Of a DNA stretch of 64,000 bases, positions 1 through 12,375 are shown one piece after another; within the stretch, counting starts at the first letter, position 1, and each line of letters starts with the position of its first letter. Position numbers and translations under genes: made by a program. This stretch comes from Tubulanus polymorphus. Taxonomy: Eukaryota; Animalia; Nemertea. The stretch spans positions 11,038,088 through 11,102,087 of the forward strand of contig NC_134031.1 of NCBI RefSeq assembly GCF_964204645.1, read 5' to 3'. The notes under the pieces were generated by a model, which saw only the letters and a list, made by a program, of their open reading frames with translations, searched no databases and had not been told where the DNA came from.

Positions 1-39
1 CTAGATATTCATTATTTTAATTAATTAATTTTTTTAAAT

Positions 40-312
40 TTAATCAACAATTTCTAAATCATGATGACCATCTTCATTTTTTCCATGATAGATTATTTTA
101 AATCCTTCTAAATCTTTTAATTCCTCTGTACTCATTGAAACCCATTTATCCGGTAAAAATACTTTAAATTCTCGTGATGTACTAACATTGCAGTAGCTTA
201 AATTGGCTGATATTTTATCTCCATATTTAGTTTTAACCTTTTCTAATTTCAATATTTTGTGTTCAATTTCTTTTGAAACATCGACTAACCTTTTTATTTC
301 AAATTGTTTTTT
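40..312 (-). pseudogene. 5'-truncated copy of small Polinton protein (homolog of 53154-53480 and 16727-17068)
   Basis: KKQFEIK...YHGKNEDGHHDLEIVD is nearly identical to 53154-53480; the N-terminus is replaced by the repeat at 315-525. Confidence 0.75.
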
Positions 313-314
313 GT

Positions 315-525
315 GCATCACAGCATCTATTTATCCGGGCACAGTTGACACGCAATCACTGTACTACAGTAATAACACACACGTTAATAACCGTTCTCAG
401 TAGCACCTCGCTGTATCGATCTATCCACGCGCAGTTGTTGTTACGCGCACTCACTGTATATGTGTATCAAAGAGCAATCGTCCGTTCTCACTAGCGCCTA
501 GCTGTGATGAGACTTGTGGTGATGA
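315..525. repeat. interspersed repeat, inverted copy of ~52866-53062
   Basis: Reverse-complement match (CACAGCATCTATT...GCCTAGCTGTGATGAG). Confidence 0.8.
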
Positions 526-1141
526 GAGCTAGTACTCTAGTACTCTGGGCCATCTTCTAATTACTAATATTGAAACAAAAATAGAAAATAATATTGATAC
601 TAAAATAGAAAATAATATTGATACTAAAATAGAAAACAATGTTGAACCTAAAATAGAAGATTATATTGAAACACAAAACGAAGGTGTAACAGAATCTACC
701 TCTAACTATAAAATAGAACAAGAAAGAAATTCTAAAAATGGGCTTGCTGACATGGTTGTACTGAAAGCTGGCTTGTTGGTTTTGTATTTCTGTAGTAGAA
801 TTAATCGAACTTTGAACTGATTACTCTTTTAACAGCTAAGAGATCGATGTTGTCTTACATCGTACGAGTGTACGACAGGGGGGTCTTATTTGAAATGAAC
901 CCCTATGTCTTTTTTATATTTTATTAAAATAATATTTACATATAGTATAAATTGATAAAATAAGTTAATATCAAACTCGTACTGTTTTTTAAATAAAATA
1001 CATATATAAATTACATATGTTACCCTTATCCATTTCGTCGACTCGTCCACTCATACACAATTAAAAATTCTATAATATTTCAAATTTTAAGTATTAAGGC
1101 ACCTAATACGTATCTAATACATAAATACTTAAATTATGATT

Positions 1142-1753
1142 TTATTTTATAAATTTATATTCATATGGATATTGTAGTCTCAGAAGTAATTTGGAACCTT
1201 TATTACTTTTTAATTTATTCATATATTCATCATGTAAGTCAGTAGGTATAATTTGATTTTCTTCCAGAGATTGGTGCATAGATTTTTTATCTTTATTGTA
1301 GAATAAAACTAAAAATCTAATGTTTTCTCTAAAATCTTTTACAATTGAATTATATTTTTGATTTAAAACCCAGGTTGTTATCCCAAAATGTCTTCCAGAA
1401 AAAGCTAAATAATATAACTCACTTTCTCGCATTTTTGAATCATGTAAATTAGCACAATCATCCACGATGAATAATCTATTTGATCCTTTATAAATATCAA
1501 TTGCTATTTTTATACAATTATCTAAATTTTCTTTTACTGTTTTAGGATCTAATATAATAAACTTTTTAATCTTAACTATATCCCTATTATATGCTTTATT
1601 CATTTCATGAGTAGGACAGAATAATATTATATTATCAAAATGATTCTTATAAATAGTTTCTAACAAATCTAATATGAAATGTGTTTTACCACAGTTTGTT
1701 ACACCAGTTACTAAAACATTATGCGGTTCAAATATAAATAAATTTTTATTCAT
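1142..1753 (-). CDS. Polinton FtsK/A32-like DNA packaging ATPase (apparently intact)
   Basis: Walker A GVTNCGKT, Walker B FIVDD, FSGRHFG motif; TAAATG start. Confidence 0.9.
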   Translation of the reverse strand: MNKNLFIFEPHNVLVTGVTNCGKTHFILDLLETIYKNHFDNIILFCPTHEMNKAYNRDIVKIKKFIILDPKTVKENLDNCIKIAIDIYKGSNRLFIVDDCANLHDSKMRESELYYLAFSGRHFGITTWVLNQKYNSIVKDFRENIRFLVLFYNKDKKSMHQSLEENQIIPTDLHDEYMNKLKSNKGSKLLLRLQYPYEYKFIK

Positions 1754-2385
1754 TTAATCTTTTAATTTTACTAGATAAAATCCATTCATTAAATTTATCA
1801 TCGTACCCTTTATATTTCACTAAAGAATACTTTTTTCCTTTAAGATTTTTTTTTTCAATACTTTTTCTATTTTGTATTCTATTTCATCTGGATTTGGTAC
1901 AAGTGATAATTCTTGTTCATAAAAATAACCTAATATTTCTTCATCTTTTAAATCTTCTACTTTATAAACAAATGGTTCAGTTAATATTATCTTTTTAATT
2001 TCAAATATTTCTAGGGTAAAATTTGGAGTATAACCTTTATAAAATGTTTTTCGATATTGAGATATTCTAACATGTTGACCAATTTTAAATTTAGGTTCTC
2101 CAAAATCATGTGTAACAAATGCACCATATAAGTTATTTCAAACTATTTCTGAATTATCTTCTTTTCTAGCTTGTATAGGTTTCATATTTATAGAACTATG
2201 TTTAGAATTACTATAACCTTTCACTAAATCATCTAACACATCGATATATTTATATGTTTCATTAGCAGTAAAATATTTCCACATTCTAGTTTTCAATGTT
2301 TTATTAAATCTTTCTATAATAGATGCTTTTTTATCTGAGTGTGTTGAAAAATACTCTATATTGTTATCAGATAAATAATAATTTA
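1746..2385 (-). pseudogene. Polinton integrase C-terminal part, frameshifted, N-terminus deleted
   Basis: IIERFNKTLKTRMWKYF matches 25554-26639; fused by deletion to the end of the upstream ORF. Confidence 0.85.
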
Positions 2386-2451
2386 GATTTATTTTCAATG
2401 ACTTAAACATTTGACTTATTTTCTGGTATAATAGGTTTATAATCATCATCA

Positions 2452-2530
2452 TTAGGGTTTTCTGACTTTCGTCGAAAACCCTCTTGTAATTCTGTTGATT
2501 ATTATTATTATTTACATATTTTCCACTTTT
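2452..2530 (+). mobile_element. 5' end of Helentron/HINE-like non-autonomous element (3' end not located)
   Basis: TTAGGGTTTTC...GAAAACCCT hairpin followed by (ATT)n, same architecture as 10095-10160. Confidence 0.6.
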
Positions 2531-3923
2531 TTTCGCACATAAAATTCATCTTCTATCAGATTCGACAACTAACAGCTTCTAATCGAAATGTAGAATTCTG
2601 ATAGTAATATAACACTCATTCTTTCCGAGTAGATTCTATCTATGCACTCTCTATCCTATTTAAAACTTAAAATTACTTACTGTAAGATAACACCGGATGA
2701 TAGTAGCAATCGCCACTCGCCGTGTCGCGTACTCCCACTAACGATAAAAGACGCGTCCTGTCCTGTGGCAGGGTTGATAAGGTGTTTGACTCCCAAGTGA
2801 GAGATTGAGGGTTCGAATCCTAGTGAAACCATGCATTCAGGCAGGACACATATCAGTACAGTGCCGGCGCGCAACAATTTTTTAGTGAAACAAAATGGTG
2901 GATGGTTGAAATCATTTTCGGCTCAATGTTTATCGCGAGTTTTAGGACTTAACTGAATTTCACAAAACCATGATTTCTAAAATGAGTCAATTGATTAATT
3001 CTATTCGTAAATCAATTTACGTTGGCTACATTTCCTCAAGATTTCGAGCCGAATCAACGTGATATGGACAGAAATTGTCAAAACAAATGTAAATTAAGAA
3101 AGAAAACAACAAAACTAGTTGCGTTGATCAACAAAAATAAATCAATAGTTAATTACAATACTTCAATTTCAAAATAAGGATTGGAAAAAGTGAACAATAA
3201 GTGTGTTTGCCATGCGTCTTTAAATATTTCCCAAGAATATTTCTTTTTCTGGCCACCACCTGCCTTGACGTCAGTCTTTTTCGAGATGATTTCGCTAAAA
3301 ATACAAAACAAGACAAAATTGATGGATGGGAATCATACATGCTACAATTCACTTTAACTGCGAACATTGGAATGAGCTAAAGCAATTTTCTAGGAGGAAA
3401 AATTGAGTCAAATGATGTTTCAAAATCTGGACGGGAAAAGTTTTACTGAATTTCGCTGCCGCTCCGCTCCGCGACCAATTGATTTATTTACAATACACAA
3501 ATTCATATAATCAAATATATTCAAATATTAATGATTATTCTATGATTTAACTAAAATACACACGGCTATGAAAATATATTATAGTTTTAAATTACTTTTA
3601 ATATTTTGTTTTTAATGAACTCGACCGTTCAACCTTTAACCTAGAACAACTAAACCCCTATTACTCTTAAAATATTTATATACATGAATAGAATATATAT
3701 GAATAACATATAAATTGATAGATTATTCAATATAAAAGTAACGAGTAATTAACGAGCTCTTATAGAATAGATATATAGATATATTTTAAACATATTTCAA
3801 TATTTATTTTTGTATGAGTTATATTCTTAAACATTAAAAGTGTTAGTAAAGTGTGATTGAAATAATTCATATATAAATCATTGAACTTCTAAAATCAATT
3901 TAGTAAAAAAAGATGTATAATAA

Positions 3924-4592
3924 ATGGAACCAGAACAACCACAAACTATCAATATTACAAATAACACTGGTGTCATAAATATATACTACAAGAAGTGTTC
4001 TAAATGTGAAATAGATAAATTAGCTATAACAGAATTTAGTAAGCGTAAGATTAGCAAAGATGGTTTTCAATATTGCTGTAAAACTTGCACTAAACTATAT
4101 ACCATACAATATCGAGAAGATAATAGAGAAGCTTACAATGATTATATGACAGAATATATGAGAGGAAGATATCAAACAGATATTAATTTTAGATTGAAAC
4201 AATGTTTAAGATCTAGATTAACACAATTATTCAACAAAGAAACGCATTCAGAAACACTATCTAATTTGCTGGGTTGTTCAGATGAATTCTTAAAATCATG
4301 GATAATATATCGATTCGATGATAAAATGAATATAGATAATTATGGTGAATACTTTCATATTGATCACGTGTTGCCGATTTCTAAATTTTACATGAGTGAT
4401 GATTATAATAAGAAGCTAATCTGGAGCTGGAGAAATTTAAGGCCTTTAGAAAAGAAGGGAAACATAATTAAATCTAATAAACTAGATTTACAGTTATATT
4501 TAGATCAACTGGTTAAAGCAAAGACATTTGTTGAATTATGGAATAGTATTTCACAGAATCAACCGCATTCTGAGGTTTTGATCAGTGGTTAG
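3924..4592 (+). CDS. Zn-finger + HNH-like endonuclease (NCLDV-type)
   Basis: CxxC...CxxC, LLGCS, FHIDHVLP...NLRPL...N..KSNK; closely similar to 29358-30011. Confidence 0.75.
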   Translation: MEPEQPQTINITNNTGVINIYYKKCSKCEIDKLAITEFSKRKISKDGFQYCCKTCTKLYTIQYREDNREAYNDYMTEYMRGRYQTDINFRLKQCLRSRLTQLFNKETHSETLSNLLGCSDEFLKSWIIYRFDDKMNIDNYGEYFHIDHVLPISKFYMSDDYNKKLIWSWRNLRPLEKKGNIIKSNKLDLQLYLDQLVKAKTFVELWNSISQNQPHSEVLISG

Positions 4593-5543
4593 AAAGCCGG
4601 CAATTCTATTTTAGCTTTGTATGTCTATAATACATAGCTTTTGCTTACTACTAAAACATATGTTGCCAAATATATCTTGTTTTCAATTCTAAAGAATTAA
4701 TTAACTTCATCATAAAGAACATCTGTTACAATCCAGGCAAACATGCAGAAATAATTAGTTTGGTCGAACGTGCGCCACGTCGGCAGTTAGAAATCAACAT
4801 TCACATACATAGTACGTATTGGATATTCTCTCTCAAAACACAGTTTACAGTTCTAAATCTAAATGTAAGTAAGTACCGTTTTTGTAGTTATTATGAAGTA
4901 GGGAAACCTTTAAACATATTTAAGTACAGTAAGTCATTTTCACGATATCTTTTAGATTAAAATGGAACACAAATATGAACCAGAAATTCTAAGCCAACCA
5001 TCGGAAAAGGAACTAATGCTGCTGGATAGTGAAACTCAGGAATCAATAGAAATGGAGGATGAAACTCTCGTAACACAGTGAAGGTCTTTGTAATATAGAT
5101 ATCAAAAAATGTAATCTCGATTGTATATATCTGTTTTAATATTGTATTGTTTACTGTTAACTAAGTATTACGCAATAACACCAGTCGTTTCTTTGAATTT
5201 ATTTTCAGTTTGAGGATTTATTATCGAGGATCCGAAATGACTTATCTGGACAGTTATAGTTACCGCTCCTATAGATAGACAATAGTAGTGAGATATTAAA
5301 TCCTAATTTAAATAAAAAATAATAAAAAAACAATTACTTCAACTAGCTATTGAATTCTATTTTAATTTTTAATATTTTCTTTTCAAAAAGAGAATACTTT
5401 ATATTTTGAATAGATTCAAATAGAAATTCTTTAAATTCAAATTGCTAGGATCAGTAGTCAATACTAGAATTCTTTAACTTTAACTATTTAGTATCATTTT
5501 ATAATACTTATAATATTTTTCTTATTAAATTTCTCTAATATAA

Positions 5544-6134
5544 ATGTCAAAGAAATCGAGTAAGAATAGTAATGATATTGAAAAAACATTAGATGATTTG
5601 GGTATAAGTAATAATAAGGATCCAGTTGTTTCTAATTTTATTCAAGTAAATAACAATATTGATTATGAATACTACTTATATTGTAAACACCATCTTGAGT
5701 TACTAATTGCTGGCGGGAAATCTAAAGAGTTTTTAACTAAGACCATTACCTTTCAAGAACTAGACTCTATGAAACCCGATAAAGTAATAAAATATTTTAA
5801 GATTTATGAAGAAGCTAGATTGGCTCGAATAAATGATTCTATTTCAGATAGTATTATAAAATGATATTCAAAATTATGTAAACGGTTAATATCAATTGAT
5901 GATGAAAATAAATTATATAGTGATTTGAAAAATGATTACTTAGTTATGACTGAATTACAAAAATGGGTCGGATATGCTTCATTCCAATTAGGATCGGTTA
6001 TGACATTAATTTCTACTGGTGTCATAACATTTTCAAATATCAAACCTATGGAATATAAATCAGGTAAGAACGAAACAGATGTCGCCGTAAGACAACCAAA
6101 CGGTGAAACGAAAATGAATCAGAACAAAAATTAA
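5544..6134 (+). pseudogene. Polinton hypothetical protein with C-terminal hydrophobic segment (homolog of 27028-27630), internal stop
   Basis: Two in-frame pieces separated by TGA at 5862-5864. Confidence 0.8.
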
Positions 6135-6143
6135 CTAAAATAA

Positions 6144-6513
6144 ATGAGTGATGATATTGAGAAGAAGCCTAGAACTGAAAAACAAAAATGGTGGTCAAAG
6201 GAGTTGGAAAAAAGATCTGCAGAATTCAAAAGAGCTAAGAAAAAGAAATTAACTGATATAAATGAGCCACAGAAATTATCTGATATTGATTCAAATAACA
6301 ATCCATCTGATTCTTCTAATAGTGGAAGAAATAATTACTTATATATTACAATTGGGTTAATCACAATTATTATATTATCCGGTGTAATATATAAATCAAA
6401 ATGTCAAATCTGATGATAAAGATGATTCCAATGATGATAAACCTATTATACCAGAAAATAAGTCAAATCGTAAAGTCATTGAAACTAAAGCTAAATTATT
6501 ATTAATGGATTAA
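6144..6513 (+). pseudogene. small single-TM Polinton protein (homolog of 26646-27035), frameshifted
   Basis: YITIGLITIIILSGVIY hydrophobic segment; tail out of frame. Confidence 0.75.
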
Positions 6514-6519
6514 AATAAC

Positions 6520-7593
6520 ATGAAAAAAGAACAATATTTAAGGGATTTATATTATAACCCAGAAAGTGAAGTATCATATTCTAACGTTTCAGAATTATGG
6601 GGTAAAATTAAATCTGATAATGAAAATATAAAATATAGTGAATTAAAATCATGGTTACAAAATCAACCAACATATCAAATCCATAAGAAAATGGATAAAA
6701 CTTATTAAACAAGAAAAGTTATGGTTTCATATATCGATCAACAATGGCAAGCAGATCTAATTGATATGAAGAACTTAGAGGAATACAACAAAGGATATTT
6801 CTGGATATCAAATGTTATAGACATATTCAGTAGATACGCATGGTCAATTCCAATCAAAAATAAAACTGGTATAGAAGTGACAAATGCTTTTAAATCAATA
6901 TTTAAAGAAGCTATTCCAGATAAGATACAATTTGATGAAGGTAAAGAATTTTATAACAAACATTTTAAAAAACTATTATCTGATAACGATGTAGAATATT
7001 TTTCAACACATTCAGATCAAAAAGCATATATTATAGAAAGATTTAATAAAACATTGAAAACTAGAATGTGGAAATATTTTACTGCTAATGGAACATATAA
7101 ATATATCGATGTGTTAGATGATTTAGTGAAAGGTTATAATAATTATAAACATAGTTCTATAAATATGAAACCTATACAAGCTAGAAAAGAAGATAATTCG
7201 GAAATAGTTTGGAATAATTTATATGGAGCGTTTGTTACACATGATTTCGGCGAACCTAGATTTAAAATAGGACAACACGTTAGAATATCTAAATATAGAA
7301 AAACATTTTATAAAGGTTATACCCCTAATTTTACAGAAGAGATATTTAAGATTAAAAAGATAATATTAACTAAACCATTTGTTTATAAACTAGAAGATTT
7401 AAAAAATGAAGAAATATTAGGTTATTTTTATGAACAAGAATTATCACTTGTGCCCAATCCAGATGAAATAGAATATAAAATAGAAAAAGTATTGAAAACA
7501 AAAACTCTTAAAGGAAAAAAGTATTCTTTGGTGAAATATAAAGGATATGATGATAAATTTTATGGATTTTATCTAGTAAAATTAAAAGAATAA
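6520..7593 (+). pseudogene. Polinton retroviral-like integrase with chromodomain, frameshift at ~6705
   Basis: QADLID / QFDEG / IERFN catalytic triad; near-identical to 25554-26639. Confidence 0.9.
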
Positions 7594-8206
7594 ATGAATA
7601 AAGATTTATTTTTTATTTGAACTGCATAATATGTTAGTTACTGGAGTAACAAACTGTGGTAAAACACATTTCATATTAGATTTGTTAGAAACTATATATA
7701 AGAATCATTTTGATAATATAATATTATTCTGTCCTACTTATGAAATGAATGAAACATATAATAGAGATATAGTTAAGATGAAAAAGTTTATTATATTAAA
7801 TCCTAAAACAGTAAAAGAAAATTAAGATAATTCTATTAAAATAGCAATTGATACTTATAAAGGATTAAATACATTATTCATTATAGATGATTGCGCAAAT
7901 TTACATGATTCAAAAGTGAGAGAAAGTGAGTTATGTTATTTAGCTTTCTCTGGGAGACATTTTGGAATAACAACATGGGTTTTAAATCAAAAATATAATT
8001 CAATTGTTAAAGACTTTAAGGAGAATATAAGATTTCTAGTTTTATTCTGCAATAAAGATAGAAAATCTATGCAACAATCATTGGAAGAAAATCAAATTAT
8101 ACCTACTGAATTACATGATGAATATATGAATAAATTAAAGAATTATAAAGGTTCTAAATTATTACTGAGGCTTCAATTTCCATATGAATATAAATTTATA
8201 AAATAA
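7594..8206 (+). pseudogene. packaging ATPase, disrupted
   Basis: GVTNCGKT, IDD, SGRHFG; frameshift and stop at 7823-7825. Confidence 0.9.
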
Positions 8207-8574
8207 GATATTTTAAGTATTTATGTATTAGGTATGTATTAGGTATGTATTAGATACGCATTAGATACCTTAATACTTAAAACCCCCTTTTTTAAAATAA
8301 ATATTATTTATACAATTTTCAACCAATTTATTTTTATTTTTTCGACTAATATATGAATAAGTTTGAAAATAATAAAGGTTATTTATTATTACTGAGGTTT
8401 CAAAATAAATTTTTAAAAAATATATAATTTAAGGTATTTTCAAATAATATGTATTAGATATGTATTGGATACATAAATACTTAAAACCCCTTTTTTATTT
8501 ACTATTATTTTATACAATTTTCATTCAATATTATTATTTGAGTTAAAGATAATTAATATCTTAATCACTTTCAC

Positions 8575-9456
8575 TATCGTACCCTAACAATTTTTTCAAA
8601 TTCTCTACCGAATCTTCTTCAAATTCTTCATTATTGTTATACTTATTCATCCTTTTTACCGCATCATCAATAGTTCCTACTTTATCTTTCGTAAAAAATG
8701 TATCCACATTATCTTTAATATCAATATCTGTAACTATATTTTCATTATCATCTTTCTTAGTGTTTGCTCCTAATATTTCATTTACAATGTTTGTTCCTAA
8801 TATTTTTTAGCAGCAGATAAATCTAATTTATCATTACTAGGTTCCTTAAATAAAAACTCACCTAATAAATCTTCATATAATTCTTTACCATTTACTTTTT
8901 TATTTGCAACAAACTTTGTAACATATTTAAATGGGTGTTCTATAAATTCTCTTATACCAACACGTTCTATAACATTAGTAATACGTACATTTGTATTCAT
9001 ATGATTATTCCAATTTGATGGAAAGTTTGAAAATTCACCATTACAATAATCACAATAATTTCTATTTTCACTAATATTTAATATTATTTCATTATTTGAT
9101 GTAGAAGGTAAAACATTATTTGATGTAGAAGGTATAACATTATTTGATGTAGAAGGTAAAACATTATTTGATGTAGAAGGTATTACATTATTAGATGTAG
9201 AAGGTATTACATTATTTGATGTAGAAGGTAAAACATTATTTGATGTAGAAGAAATATTATCTATATTATCATTAATATTATCTTTTTTATTTATATCATT
9301 ATTACGTTCAATTAAATATTCTTTGTATTGATTTAATTCATTTAATAAAAATGTTCCAATATATTCATTTATTCTTTTATAAGGTATTACATAATATAAA
9401 TTATCATTGATTTCTTTATCAGCTTTTATTCTTCCATATACTTTACCTCCTACCAT
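8575..9456 (-). pseudogene. variable post-capsid ORF with 9-aa repeats (NNVLPSTSN) and a Zn-finger-like motif; frameshift near 8800
   Basis: Positional equivalent of 23184-24333; 27-bp tandem repeats ~9090-9250; reading continues in another frame to ~8575. Confidence 0.6.
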
Positions 9457-9505
9457 TTATTATAATTTTTTTAATCAAAATTAAAATTTTAATATTTCAT
9501 AACAC

Positions 9506-10094
9506 TTAATACATAACACTATTTAATTGAGAATTTACAACATTTAATTGCGCATCAGATATAATATAAATATGCATTTTGAAATTTAAGCTTCCTTTTT
9601 TCTTTGTCATGAATAATTGTATTCCATCTTTAGTGTTCTGTAATTTCTTCCCAGAACCATGTAATGAATTATCCTCTATTGTTCTAAAATCTAACCATAG
9701 TGCGTATTTATTGCCGGTATAATAATCAATTTGATTAATATTACAATTTTCAGATGATTTCACTTTTTCATTCATAAAATGTTTTCTAATTTCTGGCCAT
9801 TGATCTATCATTCTCATTCCTTGACAAAATATTTTATTTGCTATTCCTTCGATAGTTATTTCTACTTTTGTTATTTCAGGATTATAATACTTATCAACCT
9901 GTATTGCGCCATTAGAATATGTTGCAATGGTAAAAAATATTAATATACCTTTAAAAGATCTTCTTGGGAAGTTAATATTCTCATTAATAATTTCATCATT
10001 TGCATTAATAGTTACAGTTTTAAATTTATCAATATAATCATATAATAATGAAAATCCTTGATTGTATTGAGTTTGAATTATACTTGAAATATTT
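9506..10094 (-). pseudogene. major capsid protein of element B, 3' half
   Basis: NISSIIQTQYNQGF...ISDAQLNVVNSQLNSVMY matches the C-terminal half of 21904-23151. Confidence 0.9.
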
Positions 10095-10447
10095 AGGGTT
10101 TTCTGTTATTTCACAGAAAACCCTATTGATATCCGCGTGATTATTATTATTATTATTTTCTTCCACACTATTTTTACCAAAAGAACATAGGCTTTGTTAC
10201 CTTACCGCTGTTTCATATACAATCCATATAATATCGTTCAGCTCACCGGTTCCTGAACTTCGCTGAAAAAGCTGAAACACTGAAACGCTGAATCGCTGAA
10301 ATAAAAACGCTGAAATTTCAGGGAATTTCCGAAAAACGCCGAAATTTCAGGGAATTCCCGAAAAACGCTGAAATCGTGCTAGGTACCGACAATACACGTT
10401 TTGAAATAATATCCGGGCCGGTATCCGCTGCCGAGTCCTGAACGCCA

Positions 10448-11507
10448 GCGACAATTAATTATTTTGTTTTTGTCGCCCGCGACAAATTTTTTTTTGGTTT
10501 TCTCGCCCGCGACAATTCAATATTTTGGTTTTATCGCCTGCGACAATTCAATATTTTGGTTTTATCGCCTGCGATAATTCATTATTTTGGTTTTGTCGCC
10601 CGAGACAATTCATTATTTTGGTTTTATCGCCGGTGACAATTCATTATTACGGTTTTATCGCCCGCGACAATTCATTATTTTGGTATTGTCGCCCGCGACA
10701 ATTCATTATTTTGGTTTTATCGCCGGTGACAATTCATTATTACGGTTTTATCGCCCGCGACAATTCATTATTTTGGTTTTGTCGCCCGCGACAATTCACC
10801 ATTTTGTTTTTGTCGCCCGCCACAATTCATTATTTTGGTTTTATCGCCCGCGACAATTCATTATTTTGGTTTTGTCGCCCCGACAATTCTTTTTTTGGAT
10901 TTGTCGCCCGCGACAATTCATTAGTTTGGTTTTTTCGCCCGCGACAATTCATTATTTTGGTTTTATCGCCCGCGACAATTCATCATTTTGGTTTTATCGC
11001 CCGCGACAATTCACCATTTTGGTTTTGTCGCCTGGACAATTCACCATTTTGGTTTTGTCGCCCGCGACAATTCATTATCTTGGTTTTGTTGCCCCCACAA
11101 TTCTTTCTTTGGTTTTGTCGCCCGTGACAATTCATTAGTTTGGTTTTGTCGCCCGCGAAAATTCAATATTTTGGTTTTATCGCCCACGATAATTCATTAC
11201 TTTGGTTTTATCTCCAGCGACAATTCATTATTTTGGTTTTGTCGCCCGCGACAATTCTTCTTTTGGTTTTGACGCCCGCGACAATTCATTATTTTGGTTT
11301 TATATTTTGTTTTTGTTGCCCGCGACAATTTTTTTTTTGGTTTTGTCGCCCGCGGCAATTCATTATTTTGGTTTTATCACCCGCGACAATTCAATATTTT
11401 GGTTTTATTGCCCGCGACAATTCATTATTTTGGTTTTGTTGCACGAGACAAATATTTTTTTTGGTTTTATCGCCCACGACAATTCAGTATTTTGGTTTGG
11501 TCGCCCT
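10448..11507. repeat. ~31-bp tandem repeat array (TCGCCCGCGACAATTCATTATTTTGGTTTT[G/A])
   Basis: Over 30 contiguous imperfect units with no spacers; continues at 12351-12375 and 30629-30885. Confidence 0.95.
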
Positions 11508-11689
11508 AAGAAAATTTTGAAGATGCTTTGATCAATTACCTTGATCTTTCGTTTATATTTGAATCTACCAAAGGCCCATCAGCATAAGAAAATTGGGTCG
11601 ATCTGACTCAAGATGGCCGTCCTATGACCTTTTTAGTCCATCATGGTGTCATCAGTACTCATTCGTAGGTGGGAAAAAGTTTTTCCACA

Positions 11690-12285
11690 ATTAATTGATA
11701 CCTAAGCATATTGTGTTACTATATTCAATTGGAAAGTTGTAGCCCATAACGTGTTCGATGATTTTCGTGAGTTTCAAGGTCATTGGTTTTAGTATGTGGC
11801 CATCAGGGGGCGTTGAATAATACAATAACTTAGTATAGCTATATTATATTTGTACCAAGGCATATTTTGTTACCATGATCAATGGCAAAGTTGTAGTTCA
11901 TGACATCGTCTATGATTGTGGTGAGTTTTTAAGGACATTAGTTATTCCATATAGTCACCAGGAGGCGCTGAATAGTAGAATGGCTTAGTATTTCCTTATA
12001 AGATTGGTACCTAGGCATATTTTGTTACTATGATCAATTGCAAAGTTGTATTTCATGACATGTACTACGATTGTGGTGAGTTTTAAAGTCATTGGGTTTT
12101 GCATATGGTCACCAGGGGGCGTTGAATAGTAAAATAACTTAGTATTTCCATATTAAATTGGTAACGAGGCATATTTTGTTATCACAATCAATTACAAAAT
12201 CATAGCTGCTCACATGTTCTTTGATTGTGGTGGGTTTCAAGGTCATTGGTTTTTGTATATGGTCACTAGAGGGCGTTATGTATTG
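11690..12285. repeat. ~155-bp degenerate tandem repeat (about 4 units), probably part of a second HINE-like fragment ending CCCCTAGTT at ~12352
   Basis: GTCATTGG...CACCAGGGGGCGTTGAATA recurs at ~11780, 11935, 12088, 12242. Confidence 0.75.
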
Positions 12286-12375
12286 AAATTGTTAGATTGT
12301 TGAGCATTTGAAACCACTGCCCAAGTGAGCATGGTGTCCCTGGACCCCTAGTTTGGTTTCGTCGCCCGCAACAAT

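Larger units (their letters stand above)
565..2452. mobile_element. Polinton fragment (post-capsid ORF remnant, ATPase, deleted integrase), same orientation as element A
   Basis: 24-bp KIEDNIE-type repeats at 565-680 as in 23184-23972; ATPase and integrase homologs on the minus strand. Confidence 0.85.

Noticed and set aside
2677-2877. Functional tRNA gene or ORF
   Set aside because: Only box-like motifs, no complete acceptor stem; the ORF has no recognisable features
10448-11531. CRISPR-like array and multiple overlapping ORFs
   Set aside because: The 31-bp units are contiguous with no unique spacers and no cas genes; the ORFs arise from a stop-poor repeat cycling through frames (same for 30674-30895)
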